Position numbers and translations under genes: made by a program. DNA of 63,847 bases, filler included, from Deltaproteobacteria bacterium (GTDB lineage: Bacteria > JACQOV01), in NCBI GenBank assembly GCA_016202395.1. It is 4 parts of 4 records of this genome, joined end to end, with 100 filler letters (N's around TTAATTAATTAA, not from the genome) between each part and the next. Parts side by side here need not be neighbours in the genome. Positions count along the whole stretch, not along the records: positions 1 to 29,234 come from JACQOV010000096.1; 3 more parts are not named here. One strand, 5' to 3'. Positions 10,708 to 25,173 of the stretch are shown here, piece by piece. The first letter of the stretch is position 1. Every line of letters begins with the position of its first letter. Below the pieces are notes generated by a model. It was given only the letters and a program-made list of their open reading frames with translations. It was not told the DNA's origin and did not search any database.

Positions 10708-10736
10708 ATCATAACAACTGATCTGCAAAGCGTCAA
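10708..10736 (-). promoter_or_regulatory. Sigma70-type promoter of the rpmH operon
   Basis: TTGACG-17 nt-TATGAT on the minus strand just upstream of the rpmH ATG. Confidence 0.7.
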
Positions 10737-11162
10737 GGAACCTTCTGCTTACAGTCTTGCAACACAACAAACACAAGGGTCTCCAAAAAATATCCCCATC
10801 AAAAGCGAGGTGCCACCCACATTCCACGAATTCGAAGTGATTGGAAATCAATAGGGCCAAATGTTTGAACGCGACGAGTAATTTTTTTTCTTAACGTCGT
10901 TAAAAAAACAAAAATATCTCTTGCTCTAGATCTGGTCAACGGCTTCGGAATTCAACGCAAGATATAGCTCCATTCTGAATTTCTACGGAATAGGGAAATG
11001 ATCTTCTTGCATCGCACCTCTAAAATCCGCTACATTGTCTCTAAAGGGGGTGGATTTATGGCTGGAGTTTGTGAGTGTCGAGGATGGTTTTTCCCCTCCC
11101 CCTGTCTTGTGACATTTCTTGGAAAATATTTCATAACAGTTTGAATAAAAATGGCTTTTTGT

Positions 11163-11193
11163 TTGTCCACAGCTGTGGATAGCTTGTGGGTAG
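11163..11193. promoter_or_regulatory. DnaA-box cluster upstream of dnaA (oriC part 1 / autoregulation)
   Basis: TTGTCCACA (11163-71), TGTGGATAG (11174-82), TGTGGGTAG (11185-93): 1-2 mismatches to TTATCCACA. Confidence 0.8.
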
Positions 11194-11217
11194 ATTTGCT
11201 GTTTAAAGGAAACCGTT

Positions 11218-12546
11218 GTGTCGAATGATGTTTGGCTTAGCTCATTAGATCATCTGCGTGAACAACTCCCGATTCAAGTCTTTGATACCTGGCTCAAACC
11301 GATCCATCTTATCTCAGCGAATGTGAATCATATCGAGTTGGAAGTCCCTAATAAATTTTTCCGAGACTGGGTGAATGAAAACTATCTTACCGCCATCCAT
11401 GATGCCCTCTTTGAGGTGTCCCAAAAGGAATTTATTATTGAGTTCCGCGTTAGCCAGTCGACGGAACCTCCCCTGCGAAGAGAGCTTCCTGAAATCCGCA
11501 AAGAGAAATTCGAGCAGCATCGCCTAATGCAACACAACCTGGTTGCAAAATACACCTTTGAAACCTTCTTGGTGGGATCGAGTAATCAGTTCGCGCATGC
11601 GGCCGCATTAGCGGTGGCCAATATGCCTGGCAAAACTTACAACCCCCTTTTTATTTATGGGGGGGTGGGGCTGGGGAAAACACACCTTTTGAATGCGATC
11701 GGCCATAAAATATTGCAGCAAAAACCGACGAGTCGCCTCTGTCTAGTTTCTTCTGAGCGATTTACCAATGAGCTGATTAACTCGATCCGATATGAAAAAG
11801 CTGCGGACTTCCGAGAGAAGTATCGAACCTCTTGCGATGTCCTGTTAATCGATGATATCCAATTCATCTCCGGAAAAGAGCGGACTCAAGAGGAGTTTTT
11901 CCACACTTTCAACACACTCTACGAATCTCATAAACAGATTGTGATTATGGGCGATAAACTCCCTAAAGATATGCCAGGGTTTGAAGAACGGCTTCGTTCT
12001 CGATTTGAGTGGGGCCTGGTGGCCGATGTGCAACCTCCAGAGATGGAAACGAAGGTTGCGATTCTAAAAAAGAAAGCAGAAGATGAGGGGATCCCTCTTC
12101 CCAATGACGTCGCCATTTATCTTGCTTCCCATGTGGAAACCAACGTTCGAGAATTGGAGGGATCCTTAATCCGGATCGGGGCCTTTGCCTCTTTAACAGG
12201 CCGGGAGATTAATCTGGATCTTGCTAAGGAGACGCTACAAAATATCCTACGCACTCAACCGCAACCCTTTACTGTGGAAAAGATACAACGCCAAGTGGCT
12301 CATTTTTTTAATATTAGCGTGAACGACCTCAAATCAGACCGGAAGATCCGTTTTATAACAAAACCTCGCCAGATTGCGATGTATCTCTGTAGAACCTTAA
12401 CTCCAGCCTCATTCCCGGAGATTGGGGAGAAATTTGGCGGAAAAGATCATTCTACAGTGATCCATGCGGTGCGAAAGGTGGAACAAGAGGTCAAAGGGGA
12501 CCTGCAATTAAAAACAGATATTGAAGCCATTCAGAAAACCATCTAA
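11218..12546 (+). CDS. dnaA: Chromosomal replication initiator DnaA
   Basis: YNPLFIYGGVGLGKTHL, LLIDDIQF, RLRSRFEWGL, FGGKDHSTVIHA. Confidence 0.99.
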   Translation: MSNDVWLSSLDHLREQLPIQVFDTWLKPIHLISANVNHIELEVPNKFFRDWVNENYLTAIHDALFEVSQKEFIIEFRVSQSTEPPLRRELPEIRKEKFEQHRLMQHNLVAKYTFETFLVGSSNQFAHAAALAVANMPGKTYNPLFIYGGVGLGKTHLLNAIGHKILQQKPTSRLCLVSSERFTNELINSIRYEKAADFREKYRTSCDVLLIDDIQFISGKERTQEEFFHTFNTLYESHKQIVIMGDKLPKDMPGFEERLRSRFEWGLVADVQPPEMETKVAILKKKAEDEGIPLPNDVAIYLASHVETNVRELEGSLIRIGAFASLTGREINLDLAKETLQNILRTQPQPFTVEKIQRQVAHFFNISVNDLKSDRKIRFITKPRQIAMYLCRTLTPASFPEIGEKFGGKDHSTVIHAVRKVEQEVKGDLQLKTDIEAIQKTI

Positions 12547-12750
12547 TATAAACAGCTCCTGTGGAAGAAGGGTGTGGATGTTTTGTTGAATTTGGGTCAT
12601 TGCAAGAAGCCTGGGGATAGATTAAAAATAGATGCACAAGATGAATAATTTAAAAAACAACGCTTTAGATCTTTTATCCACTAATTCACAGAAACTACTA
12701 CTAATGTATTTCTTATTATATCAACAAGAAGAACATAGAAGGAGGGGATT
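12547..12750. other. oriC (dnaA-dnaN intergenic) with basal unwinding element
   Basis: Degenerate DnaA boxes; tandem TTATCCACT/TAATTCACA (12674-12690), then CTA-CTA-CTA trios (12695-12703) and an AT-rich tract. Confidence 0.8.
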
Positions 12751-13869
12751 ATGGAATGTATTTTTAATAAAGGGACGCTAATCCAAGGGCTCCAATTAAC
12801 TCAAAATATTGCGGACAAAAAGAATACCATGCCTATTTTGGGCAATGTAATGATAAAATCACACAAGGAGGAGGTAGAGATCTTCGCAACGAACTTAGAA
12901 GTGAGTATTCGAACTAGGATTCCAGCTCAAATTCAACAAGAAGGGGTTCTTTCTCTACAAGCCCAAAAAACTTATGAGGTGGTTCGTGAACTTCCTGGTA
13001 GTGAGGTTCATTTAAAAGGAAAGGAGAATTTTTGGGGAGAGATTGAGTCTGGGAAAAGTTTTTTTACTTTAGCGGGATTAGATCCAAAGGACTTTCCTAA
13101 GTTGGAGGTTGAACAAAGCGATATCCTTTTTCAAATAGAGGCCTCTTCTCTAAAACATCTTATTGATAAAACAACCTATGCCACCTCTACCGATGAGGCG
13201 CGTTATCACTTAAATGGGGTCTTTGTGGAGTTGGATTACAGTAAGAAAAAAGGGATGATTAAAGGGGTGGCCACCGATGGGCATCGGTTGGCTTTGGTGG
13301 AGGAGGAGATTGCTTCTGAGGGGCCTTTGCATCTAGAGAAAGGGGTTCTGTTGCCTCGAAAGGGGTTAATGGAGGTAAAAAAGGCCTTTACCGAAAGTGA
13401 GGGGAAAATAGAGGTTGGGATTTCTAAGAAGATGGTTTTCTTGCGTCGCGATGGGATGTCGATCTCGATGCGTTTGATTAGCGGGGAGTTTCCTGATTAT
13501 CGGCAGGTGATTCCTAAAGGTGGAAACCGATTTTTAGTGCTTAAAAAAGAGCCTTTAATCGGGGCCTTAAGGAGAATCTTACTCCTCTCTTCCGACCGCT
13601 ACCGAGGGGTTCGCCTTAATCTTACGAAACAGGAGGCCATTCTTTCTCTCCATAACCCCGATATTGGGGAGGCTCGGGAGAATTTACCGGCAGAATATAC
13701 CGGAGATCCTTTGGAAATGGGGTTTAACACCCGTTATCTTTTAGAGGCGGTCTTGGCTTGTGACGAAGAGAATGTCCAGTTCGATTTTAAGGACGAGTTA
13801 AGCCCCGTTTTAGTACAAGGGCCCGAGCATAAAAAATCACTCGCTGTCATTATGCCCATGCGGTTCTAA
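12751..13869 (+). CDS. dnaN: DNA polymerase III beta clamp
   Basis: ATDGHRL, RLISGEFPDY, GFNTRYL, C-terminal VIMPMR. Confidence 0.98.
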   Translation: MECIFNKGTLIQGLQLTQNIADKKNTMPILGNVMIKSHKEEVEIFATNLEVSIRTRIPAQIQQEGVLSLQAQKTYEVVRELPGSEVHLKGKENFWGEIESGKSFFTLAGLDPKDFPKLEVEQSDILFQIEASSLKHLIDKTTYATSTDEARYHLNGVFVELDYSKKKGMIKGVATDGHRLALVEEEIASEGPLHLEKGVLLPRKGLMEVKKAFTESEGKIEVGISKKMVFLRRDGMSISMRLISGEFPDYRQVIPKGGNRFLVLKKEPLIGALRRILLLSSDRYRGVRLNLTKQEAILSLHNPDIGEARENLPAEYTGDPLEMGFNTRYLLEAVLACDEENVQFDFKDELSPVLVQGPEHKKSLAVIMPMRF

Positions 13870-13881
13870 ATGAAGGAGTAA

Positions 13882-18629
<4,748 letters not shown>

Positions 18630-18686
18630 AAACCCAGGTCCTTTCTACCACGCACGCTTCCCAAAAGCAACCGATTTTATGCACTG

Positions 18687-18803
18687 TCATCTAAGAATTA
18701 AATTTGAAGTTGTCATTATGGGGGCTCCAAAAGTGGCCACAATCGTTATGGCGACTGTCCCCAGAATTCCGGCAAGAACTGCTTTTTTACTATTAATCTT
18801 CAT
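18687..18803 (-). pseudogene. Truncated small membrane-protein gene (38 aa)
   Basis: Strong RBS (GAGGAG) before MKINSKKAVLAGILGTVAITIVATFGAPIM, one TM helix, then an abrupt stop; resembles the N-terminus of a longer membrane protein. Confidence 0.4.
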
Positions 18804-18932
18804 AACTCCTCTTTTCCTTTGTTTTTTTGCCTCTACTTGTGTATGATGCTGCGGTAGGGTGCGTAACAAAATGATCTCCTATTGCAGATTCGCCCTATCC
18901 GTTGATAAGAATAAGGGTGGCATCTTTCATCT

Positions 18933-21692
18933 ATGCCTACCACTCTAAAAAAAATCGCCCAATCGCTTTTTGAGGTTCGGCGCGAAGATTGGGGAAAGAC
19001 GTTATGGATGTTCTCCTATATCTTCCTTCTTATCGCGGCCTACGTCATGCTCAAGTCGGTGCGGGACTCGCTTTTTCTGTATGAGCTCGGCCCCGAGAAA
19101 TTGCCTTATGTTTATATCCTAATTGCGCTGATGGCCGGTTCCATTGCGACCGTTTTCTCTCGCCTATTGGCGACAGCAAAAATCCACCGATTGATCTTCG
19201 GAACGAGTCTGTTCCTCATTTCTAACCTGTTCGTTTTCTGGTGGCTACTTCGGTTCGAAGGCGCGTGGCTATTCTACTCGCTCTATGTGTGGGTCAGCAT
19301 CTTTGGCATTATCACGACCTCTCAATTTTGGTTACTTGCCAATCATCTGTTTAATCCACGAGAGGCCAAAAGAACTTTTGGCATCATCGGAACCGGAGCC
19401 ACCCTGGGAGGGATCGTTGGAGGGTTCTTAACAAAAACCTTCGTTGAGATAGCCGGAACGACAAATCTTCTTCTCATCGGTGTTGGATTGTTCGCGGCTA
19501 CACTGGGGTTGCTGTTACCGATCTGGCGTTTGGCGGCAAAAGACTCTACTCAAGCAACACCTCGTTCGGTAGAGAGAGATCATCAAGGGACTCCAGGGTT
19601 GATTTCTTCAATTGTTCAATCGAAATACTTAATACTCATAGTCGCCCTTGTAGGACTGACCGCCTTCATTTCCAATCTGATTGACTTCGAATTCAAATCG
19701 GTTGTTTCGAATTCTCTTAAGTCTAAAGATCAAATCACCGCATTTTTTGGTGTCTTCTTTGGCTGGCTCGGTATTGCGTCGGTGATTGTCCAGTTTTTCT
19801 TTACAGGAAAGATTTTAAAGATTTTGGGGACGACATCGGCAATCCTGTTTCTACCCCTTGCTCTTTTCTTCGGCTCGTTCCTCCTTGCGTTATTCCCGCT
19901 CATCTGGGCGGCCTCTTTCTTAAAAGGAAGCGATGGAAGCCTTCGGTACTCCCTCCATAAATCGGGTACAGAGCTTCTGATTCTTCCGATCCCGCTGGCT
20001 CTAAAAAAACGGACCAAGATTTTCGTCGATATGTTTGTTGATCGCTTCGCCGATGGATTGAGTGGAGTGCTCCTGCTTCTGCTGGTCTCAGCCTTTGCGC
20101 TCACTGTGCAACAGATTAGTTTCATCTTACTGCCCATTATCGGAATCTGGATCTGTCTCAGTTTCATCATAAGAAAACAGTACGTTGGCACTCTTCGAGA
20201 AGCGATCCGAAAGAAACAGATCGATACGAAAGCCCTTCACTTCAAAATCTCCGATCAAGCCGCGATCGAATGTATCCTCGACACACTCAATCACCCTGAC
20301 GAATCTCACGTGCTTTATGGGCTGGAGTTTCTCGAGTCGGTGCAGCTTTCGATTGTGCCGCTGAATCTGAGAAAACTTCTCAAACATCCCTCCGAAGAGA
20401 TTCGAGTCCACGCGATGCGGCTGCTCATTGCTTCTAAAGATCAAACCCTTTTGCCAGAGATTGAAGGGATGCTTCAAGACGAAAGCAGTGTCGTCAAAAC
20501 AGAGGCTCTTCAAGGGATCCATGCCTTAAAAAAAGAAGGGGCGATCGATCTCATGAAGTCTTACTTAAAAGATCCCGACCCCAAGATGAAGGTAGCGGCG
20601 ATTGCTTGCATCGCCCAATGCGGCAGGGAAAGTGAGAAAGAGATCGCTCGAAATGAATGGAAGCAGATGGTGTCGAACCCGGAAGATCATCCTGCTCGTC
20701 AGGAAGCCGCAAAAGTGATTGGCCACATTACCGATTGTTCTTTTCACAAGCTGCTTCTGGATCTGTTCAATGAAACCGATAAAAAGGTATTGCTCTTTGC
20801 GATCGATAGTGCGGGTCGTACCGGCTGTAAGATATTTGTAAAATCACTCCTACCGTTCCTTAAAGTGCGACCGTTGCGAAAACAGGCACAAGAAGCTTTG
20901 GCATCGTGCGCGCGAACCATTCCAGGAACCCTCCATGATGCGATACAAGATCAAAACCTCGATCGTGAAATACGACAACGGATCCCTCAGATTCTTGCCC
21001 TGAATCCCTCTCAGTGGACAATCGATCTATTGTTGCACAGTTTATCCCAGAAAGACCGACATCTCTCGTTTATGATCTTGAAGGCTCTCAACAGAATCCG
21101 GATGTCGAACCTCTCTTTTCGATTCGATCCAGACAAAGTAAAATCGCGTATCTGCCAAGAAACTCATCACTACTTTGCATTACTGAATACGAAACGCTCT
21201 CTCTTATCCTCACCCACAGCGCTCGATAAAGCCGATCCCCTAATCCAGGCTTTAAATGATCACACCGTTTGGTCTGTCGAAAGAATCTTCCGTTTACTTC
21301 GACTGATTTATCCAGACGAAGGAATTTTTCATGCCTATCTCCAAATTGTTAGCAACAGCGCTTGGAATCGTGCCACCGCCTTGGAGTATCTCGAAAACAT
21401 TTTAGACAAAAAGATACGAACGGAAATACTCCACGTTGTCGATGACATCCCCGAAAATGAGAAATTGCAAAAAGCGGCGTCTATCTATAGAATCGAAGGA
21501 AAATCCTTTGATGATTCTGTGAAAGAGCTGATTTTTTCTGAAGATTCACACCTTTCAGCTCTCGCTATTTATGGAATAGGGAAGACTTTGCCAGAGGGTT
21601 TTTTGTCCGAAGCAGAAAATTTAGTAAACAGTCCTGATCTGCTTGTTCGAGAAACGGCTGTTCACGTAACGAACCGATTAAGAGGGAGCTGA
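18933..21692 (+). CDS. Npt1/Npt2 (TLC/NTT) nucleotide-translocase-like MFS domain fused to HEAT repeats
   Basis: YVMLKSVRDSLFL, SQFWLLANHLFNPREAKRTFGII..GATLGGI, K.FVD.FVDR..D; helical HEAT-like repeats over the C-terminal ~500 aa. Confidence 0.88.
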   Translation: MPTTLKKIAQSLFEVRREDWGKTLWMFSYIFLLIAAYVMLKSVRDSLFLYELGPEKLPYVYILIALMAGSIATVFSRLLATAKIHRLIFGTSLFLISNLFVFWWLLRFEGAWLFYSLYVWVSIFGIITTSQFWLLANHLFNPREAKRTFGIIGTGATLGGIVGGFLTKTFVEIAGTTNLLLIGVGLFAATLGLLLPIWRLAAKDSTQATPRSVERDHQGTPGLISSIVQSKYLILIVALVGLTAFISNLIDFEFKSVVSNSLKSKDQITAFFGVFFGWLGIASVIVQFFFTGKILKILGTTSAILFLPLALFFGSFLLALFPLIWAASFLKGSDGSLRYSLHKSGTELLILPIPLALKKRTKIFVDMFVDRFADGLSGVLLLLLVSAFALTVQQISFILLPIIGIWICLSFIIRKQYVGTLREAIRKKQIDTKALHFKISDQAAIECILDTLNHPDESHVLYGLEFLESVQLSIVPLNLRKLLKHPSEEIRVHAMRLLIASKDQTLLPEIEGMLQDESSVVKTEALQGIHALKKEGAIDLMKSYLKDPDPKMKVAAIACIAQCGRESEKEIARNEWKQMVSNPEDHPARQEAAKVIGHITDCSFHKLLLDLFNETDKKVLLFAIDSAGRTGCKIFVKSLLPFLKVRPLRKQAQEALASCARTIPGTLHDAIQDQNLDREIRQRIPQILALNPSQWTIDLLLHSLSQKDRHLSFMILKALNRIRMSNLSFRFDPDKVKSRICQETHHYFALLNTKRSLLSSPTALDKADPLIQALNDHTVWSVERIFRLLRLIYPDEGIFHAYLQIVSNSAWNRATALEYLENILDKKIRTEILHVVDDIPENEKLQKAASIYRIEGKSFDDSVKELIFSEDSHLSALAIYGIGKTLPEGFLSEAENLVNSPDLLVRETAVHVTNRLRGS

Positions 21693-21695
21693 CCG

Positions 21696-22118
21696 ATGCT
21701 AACAACCATGGAAAAAGTTTTCTTCCTGAAAGAGATCGAGATGTTCAAAAACGTCAAAATCTCAGAATTGACCCACATCGCTGAAATCATGCAAGAGGTC
21801 CATTTCAATAAGAACGAAACGATCTTTAAAGAAGAAGAGGTTGGAGATGCGATGTATTTCGTTGTTCAAGGAAAGGTACAGATCTTGAAAGAGGAAAAAC
21901 CGGTCGCCAGTATTATGAACAACGGAACATTTGGCGATTTTGCCATCCTCGACAACGCGCCTCGCTATTTTACGGCAACCGCGTTCACGGAAACCGATGC
22001 CCTTAAAATTGACGCCAGCGACTTCTTCTATCTGGTGGAGGATCATATTGAGATTGCCTTCGGAATCTTCAAGGTTTTGACACGACGGATTATGACAAAA
22101 AATATCTATGAGAAGTAA
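21696..22118 (+). CDS. Stand-alone cyclic nucleotide-binding domain protein
   Basis: EKVFFLK, IFKEEEVGDAMYFVVQGKV, FGDFAILDNAPR..TA; no HTH. Confidence 0.9.
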   Translation: MLTTMEKVFFLKEIEMFKNVKISELTHIAEIMQEVHFNKNETIFKEEEVGDAMYFVVQGKVQILKEEKPVASIMNNGTFGDFAILDNAPRYFTATAFTETDALKIDASDFFYLVEDHIEIAFGIFKVLTRRIMTKNIYEK

Positions 22119-23382
22119 GTGGAAAGTTGCCATTGCGATCCTGTGCTCCTTTGTAACGGCTATTTCTCCTTCGTACGCGAACGATGAAGAGGAAGAAAAA
22201 GTAGGCAAAAAGGCCACCGTTTGGGATGTTCTTGCCTTCCCCCGAAAGCTATTTGAACTCTCCTTTTATCCCGCCAAGAAGCTTGTGATTTTCTCCGAGC
22301 GTGTCGATCTACCCACTCGGATCACCGATTTCTTCTATAATGACGAAAGGACCGCGGCGTTCCTGCCCAACTTCTCCTTCGACGGAGAGTATGGAACCGG
22401 CGGTGGCCTCAGTGTTTTTCACAAAGATCTTTTTCGCCGCGGAAAGCAAGTGAACGCGTCATTTCTGATCGTCAGCGATGAAGATCGAGTGGTGGCATTC
22501 CTTTACGAAGACCCCTCGATTCTGCAAGGCCCTTTTCATTACGGAATGCGATTCCTCTTTGCCGAAGACAGCGATGAAGATTTCTTTGTCCGGCGTGAAG
22601 GGAGCCAATGGATTACAGGGAATAAAACACGCGAAGACGACGAAACCAGTTTTGAGCTCGATCGGATCGAACCGGGGTTTTTCTTAGGAATTTTTCCCTC
22701 CGAAACGATCCGAACCGATCTTTTTTTGACGGCATCGTTCGTTAAAGTCGAGGGAGGAACCGGCGAGGGTGGGCCGATCCCCACAGAGATCGATGGAGTC
22801 GGCGATGACAGCGATATTTTGGGAGAAGGGGTTCAACTGATATGGGATCGACGCAATAGTCCTTTTCGACCGACTCAAGGGACCTATTTGAACCTCAAAG
22901 GAGGAATTTTTGAGGGATTCCATGGAAAAACATCGAGTGGAAAAGACTACGGTTACACGCAATATCAGATCGATCTGCAGCAATTTATTCCTCTTTTCGC
23001 CCCACTTCGAACGCTGGCGATTCGAGGCTATTTAGAAAAGCTCGATCGGCTGAATGATGAAGCGATTCCATTCTATAAATTCCCAATCCTTGATAAAAAC
23101 CACGCTCTTAGAGGATTCGATCGAAGACGATTCGCTGACGAAGGAGCGCTTCTTTTTAATGTTGAATACCGCTACCCCGTTTGGGACACCTGGGAAGGAG
23201 TCATTTTTCTAGACGAAGGGCAGGTTTTTAAGAATTATCGTGACATCACATTGGGTGCATTTCATTACTCCGCCGGCACAGGAGTGAGAATCACAACTAA
23301 AGACAGGTTTCTTTTTAATTTGCAAACTGGATTCGGTGATGAAGGAGCCGAGTTTTTGTTACAGCTTGAACAGGAATTTTAA
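22108..23382 (+). CDS. Omp85 (BamA/TamA-family) outer-membrane beta-barrel, POTRA-less
   Basis: Signal peptide; WDRRNSPFRPTQG, LRGF..RRF, NVEYRYP, FLDEGQVF, SAGTGVR, C-terminal F. Confidence 0.85.
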   Translation: MRSKWKVAIAILCSFVTAISPSYANDEEEEKVGKKATVWDVLAFPRKLFELSFYPAKKLVIFSERVDLPTRITDFFYNDERTAAFLPNFSFDGEYGTGGGLSVFHKDLFRRGKQVNASFLIVSDEDRVVAFLYEDPSILQGPFHYGMRFLFAEDSDEDFFVRREGSQWITGNKTREDDETSFELDRIEPGFFLGIFPSETIRTDLFLTASFVKVEGGTGEGGPIPTEIDGVGDDSDILGEGVQLIWDRRNSPFRPTQGTYLNLKGGIFEGFHGKTSSGKDYGYTQYQIDLQQFIPLFAPLRTLAIRGYLEKLDRLNDEAIPFYKFPILDKNHALRGFDRRRFADEGALLFNVEYRYPVWDTWEGVIFLDEGQVFKNYRDITLGAFHYSAGTGVRITTKDRFLFNLQTGFGDEGAEFLLQLEQEF

Positions 23383-23383
23383 C

Positions 23384-24976
23384 ATGGAAACCAAAGCAAT
23401 CATCGTTGCCATTCTTCTCTGCTTCCTGGTGCAAGCCCCACTCGTCCGGGGTGAACAACCCGAGCCGGATGACGAAGGCGATTACCTCTGGTGGGATGGC
23501 GGTTATAACATGCTCGTTCGCCCTGTCGGAAAGCTGTTTGATCTGGGCAGACCCATCAAGACCGTAGGCCGATGGCTGCGCTTGAGAGGACGGGATGAAG
23601 CCCTGAACGTGAATGCGCTCGATGAGGTGGAAGATTCCAGCTGGTTTACGAATCGGCATGAAAAATACCGAATGTCGTTAAAAGAACTTCAACGAGGCGC
23701 AAATAGCGACTCCACAATCGACACACAAAACGTTTTGGAGATCGTTGCGGGCAAGTCGCTCGGAATCACACCGGGACTCATTGTTAAAGATTCCAAGGGA
23801 GATCGTTACCTCTTAAAGTTTGATCCACCCGACTATCCTGGAATGGCGACTTCCGCGGAGATGGTCTCCTCCAGGTTTATGCACGCGGCGGGATACCCTA
23901 TCCCTGAATACGCGATTGCGACCATCGATCCCACGAGGCTCACAATTAAAGAAGGGGCAAAAATAAAAGGGAGATACAACGTGCCCCGCCCAATGGTTCA
24001 GAGCGACGTCGAGGATATCCTTAAGCGAGTCTACGTTCGTAAAGATGGGAAAATACGAGCCTCGGCAAGCAAGTTTTTGGATGGAATTCCCATGGGATCT
24101 CCGACTCTTGTGGGAGTCCGCAAAGACGATCCGGACGATACAATCCCTCATCAACATTTGAGAGAATTGAGGGGCTTAAGAATTGTTTCGTCGTTTCTTA
24201 ATAACACCGACTGCCGTCGTGGAAATTACCTTGATATGTACGTGAACGAAGGGGAACAGTGGCACATCAAGCATTACATTCTCGATCTTTCCTCCACGGT
24301 CGGCTCCGGCAATACCGAGCCGAAATCGGCCAAATACGGAAACGAATATGTTGTGGATCCACCCAAAATCTCTCTTTCCTACATCACGCTTGGGTTCTGG
24401 ATCAAGCCTTGGGAAAATGGGATCGAGGTGCGCTATCCTGAAACAGGAACGTTCGAATCCGAAATATTCCATCCGAAGCGTTGGGTTACTTCGTATCCGA
24501 ATGCGGGTTTTGTAGAGATGACACCCCGAGATGCGTTCTGGGGAGCCAAGATCGTGACGGCATTTACCGATAACGACATCCGAGCGATCGTCGAAACGGG
24601 TCAGTTTTCTAATCCGGAAGCGGAAGAATACGTTGTAAAAACATTTATTGAAAGAAGAGATAAGATTGGGCGCTATTGGTTTGACACCCAACGGATGAAC
24701 CCCTTGAGCGAGTTTCGAGTGATCCAACAAAAAGGGTCTTCGATGCTTCAATTTAATGACATCGCTATCGATCGAGACATTGCCACATCGATGGAAACTC
24801 GTTACCGCTATCAAATCGACAAAGAATCCAAAGTGGTAACGGTAGGACGGTCGATCCCGATCGGATCCGGTGATCCTGAGATCCGAATCTGGACGAGCCG
24901 TGATTCGGGAGAGCATTGGGGGAAAAAGATGACAATACGGATAGAAAACGGCTCTGTTGTATCCATCGAACGATAG
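23384..24976 (+). CDS. Exported hypothetical protein with atypical kinase-like motifs
   Basis: Signal peptide (METKAIIVAILLCFLVQAPLVRG); Gly loop GKSLGITP, YLLKFD, AE helix, NNTDCRRGN, YILD. Start at ATG 23384. Confidence 0.6.
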   Translation: METKAIIVAILLCFLVQAPLVRGEQPEPDDEGDYLWWDGGYNMLVRPVGKLFDLGRPIKTVGRWLRLRGRDEALNVNALDEVEDSSWFTNRHEKYRMSLKELQRGANSDSTIDTQNVLEIVAGKSLGITPGLIVKDSKGDRYLLKFDPPDYPGMATSAEMVSSRFMHAAGYPIPEYAIATIDPTRLTIKEGAKIKGRYNVPRPMVQSDVEDILKRVYVRKDGKIRASASKFLDGIPMGSPTLVGVRKDDPDDTIPHQHLRELRGLRIVSSFLNNTDCRRGNYLDMYVNEGEQWHIKHYILDLSSTVGSGNTEPKSAKYGNEYVVDPPKISLSYITLGFWIKPWENGIEVRYPETGTFESEIFHPKRWVTSYPNAGFVEMTPRDAFWGAKIVTAFTDNDIRAIVETGQFSNPEAEEYVVKTFIERRDKIGRYWFDTQRMNPLSEFRVIQQKGSSMLQFNDIAIDRDIATSMETRYRYQIDKESKVVTVGRSIPIGSGDPEIRIWTSRDSGEHWGKKMTIRIENGSVVSIER

Positions 24977-25024
24977 AAAACCATGCCTTTTTAACTATGG
25001 GTGGGGAGAGCATCACTTAGAAAC

Positions 25025-25168
25025 TGATTCTGCTGAAAAACCCTCGTTTGTCATCGCGAGGAGGCCGAAGGCCGACGTGGCGATCCCATGAAATCAAAGG
25101 GTTACGAGGAGATTGTTTCGCCCCTTTGAGGCTCGCAATGACAAAAAAGGACTTTTTCAGCAGAATCA
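25025..25168. repeat. MITE-like element with 16-bp terminal inverted repeats and internal REP-like palindrome
   Basis: TGATTCTGCTGAAAAA ... TTTTTCAGCAGAATCA; internal GTCATCGCGAG...CTCGCAATGAC and GGCCGAAGGCC hairpin. Confidence 0.8.
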
Positions 25169-25173
25169 AAAAC

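Noticed and set aside
11014-11025. GCACCTCTAAAA matching the end of the 1-148 repeat
   Set aside because: Only 12 bp with no partner arm; lies in a probable dnaA promoter spacer, so likely chance
24176-24916. 246-aa antisense ORF (and similar ones at 17871, 26150, 62366)
   Set aside because: Fully antisense to well-supported genes, with no motifs
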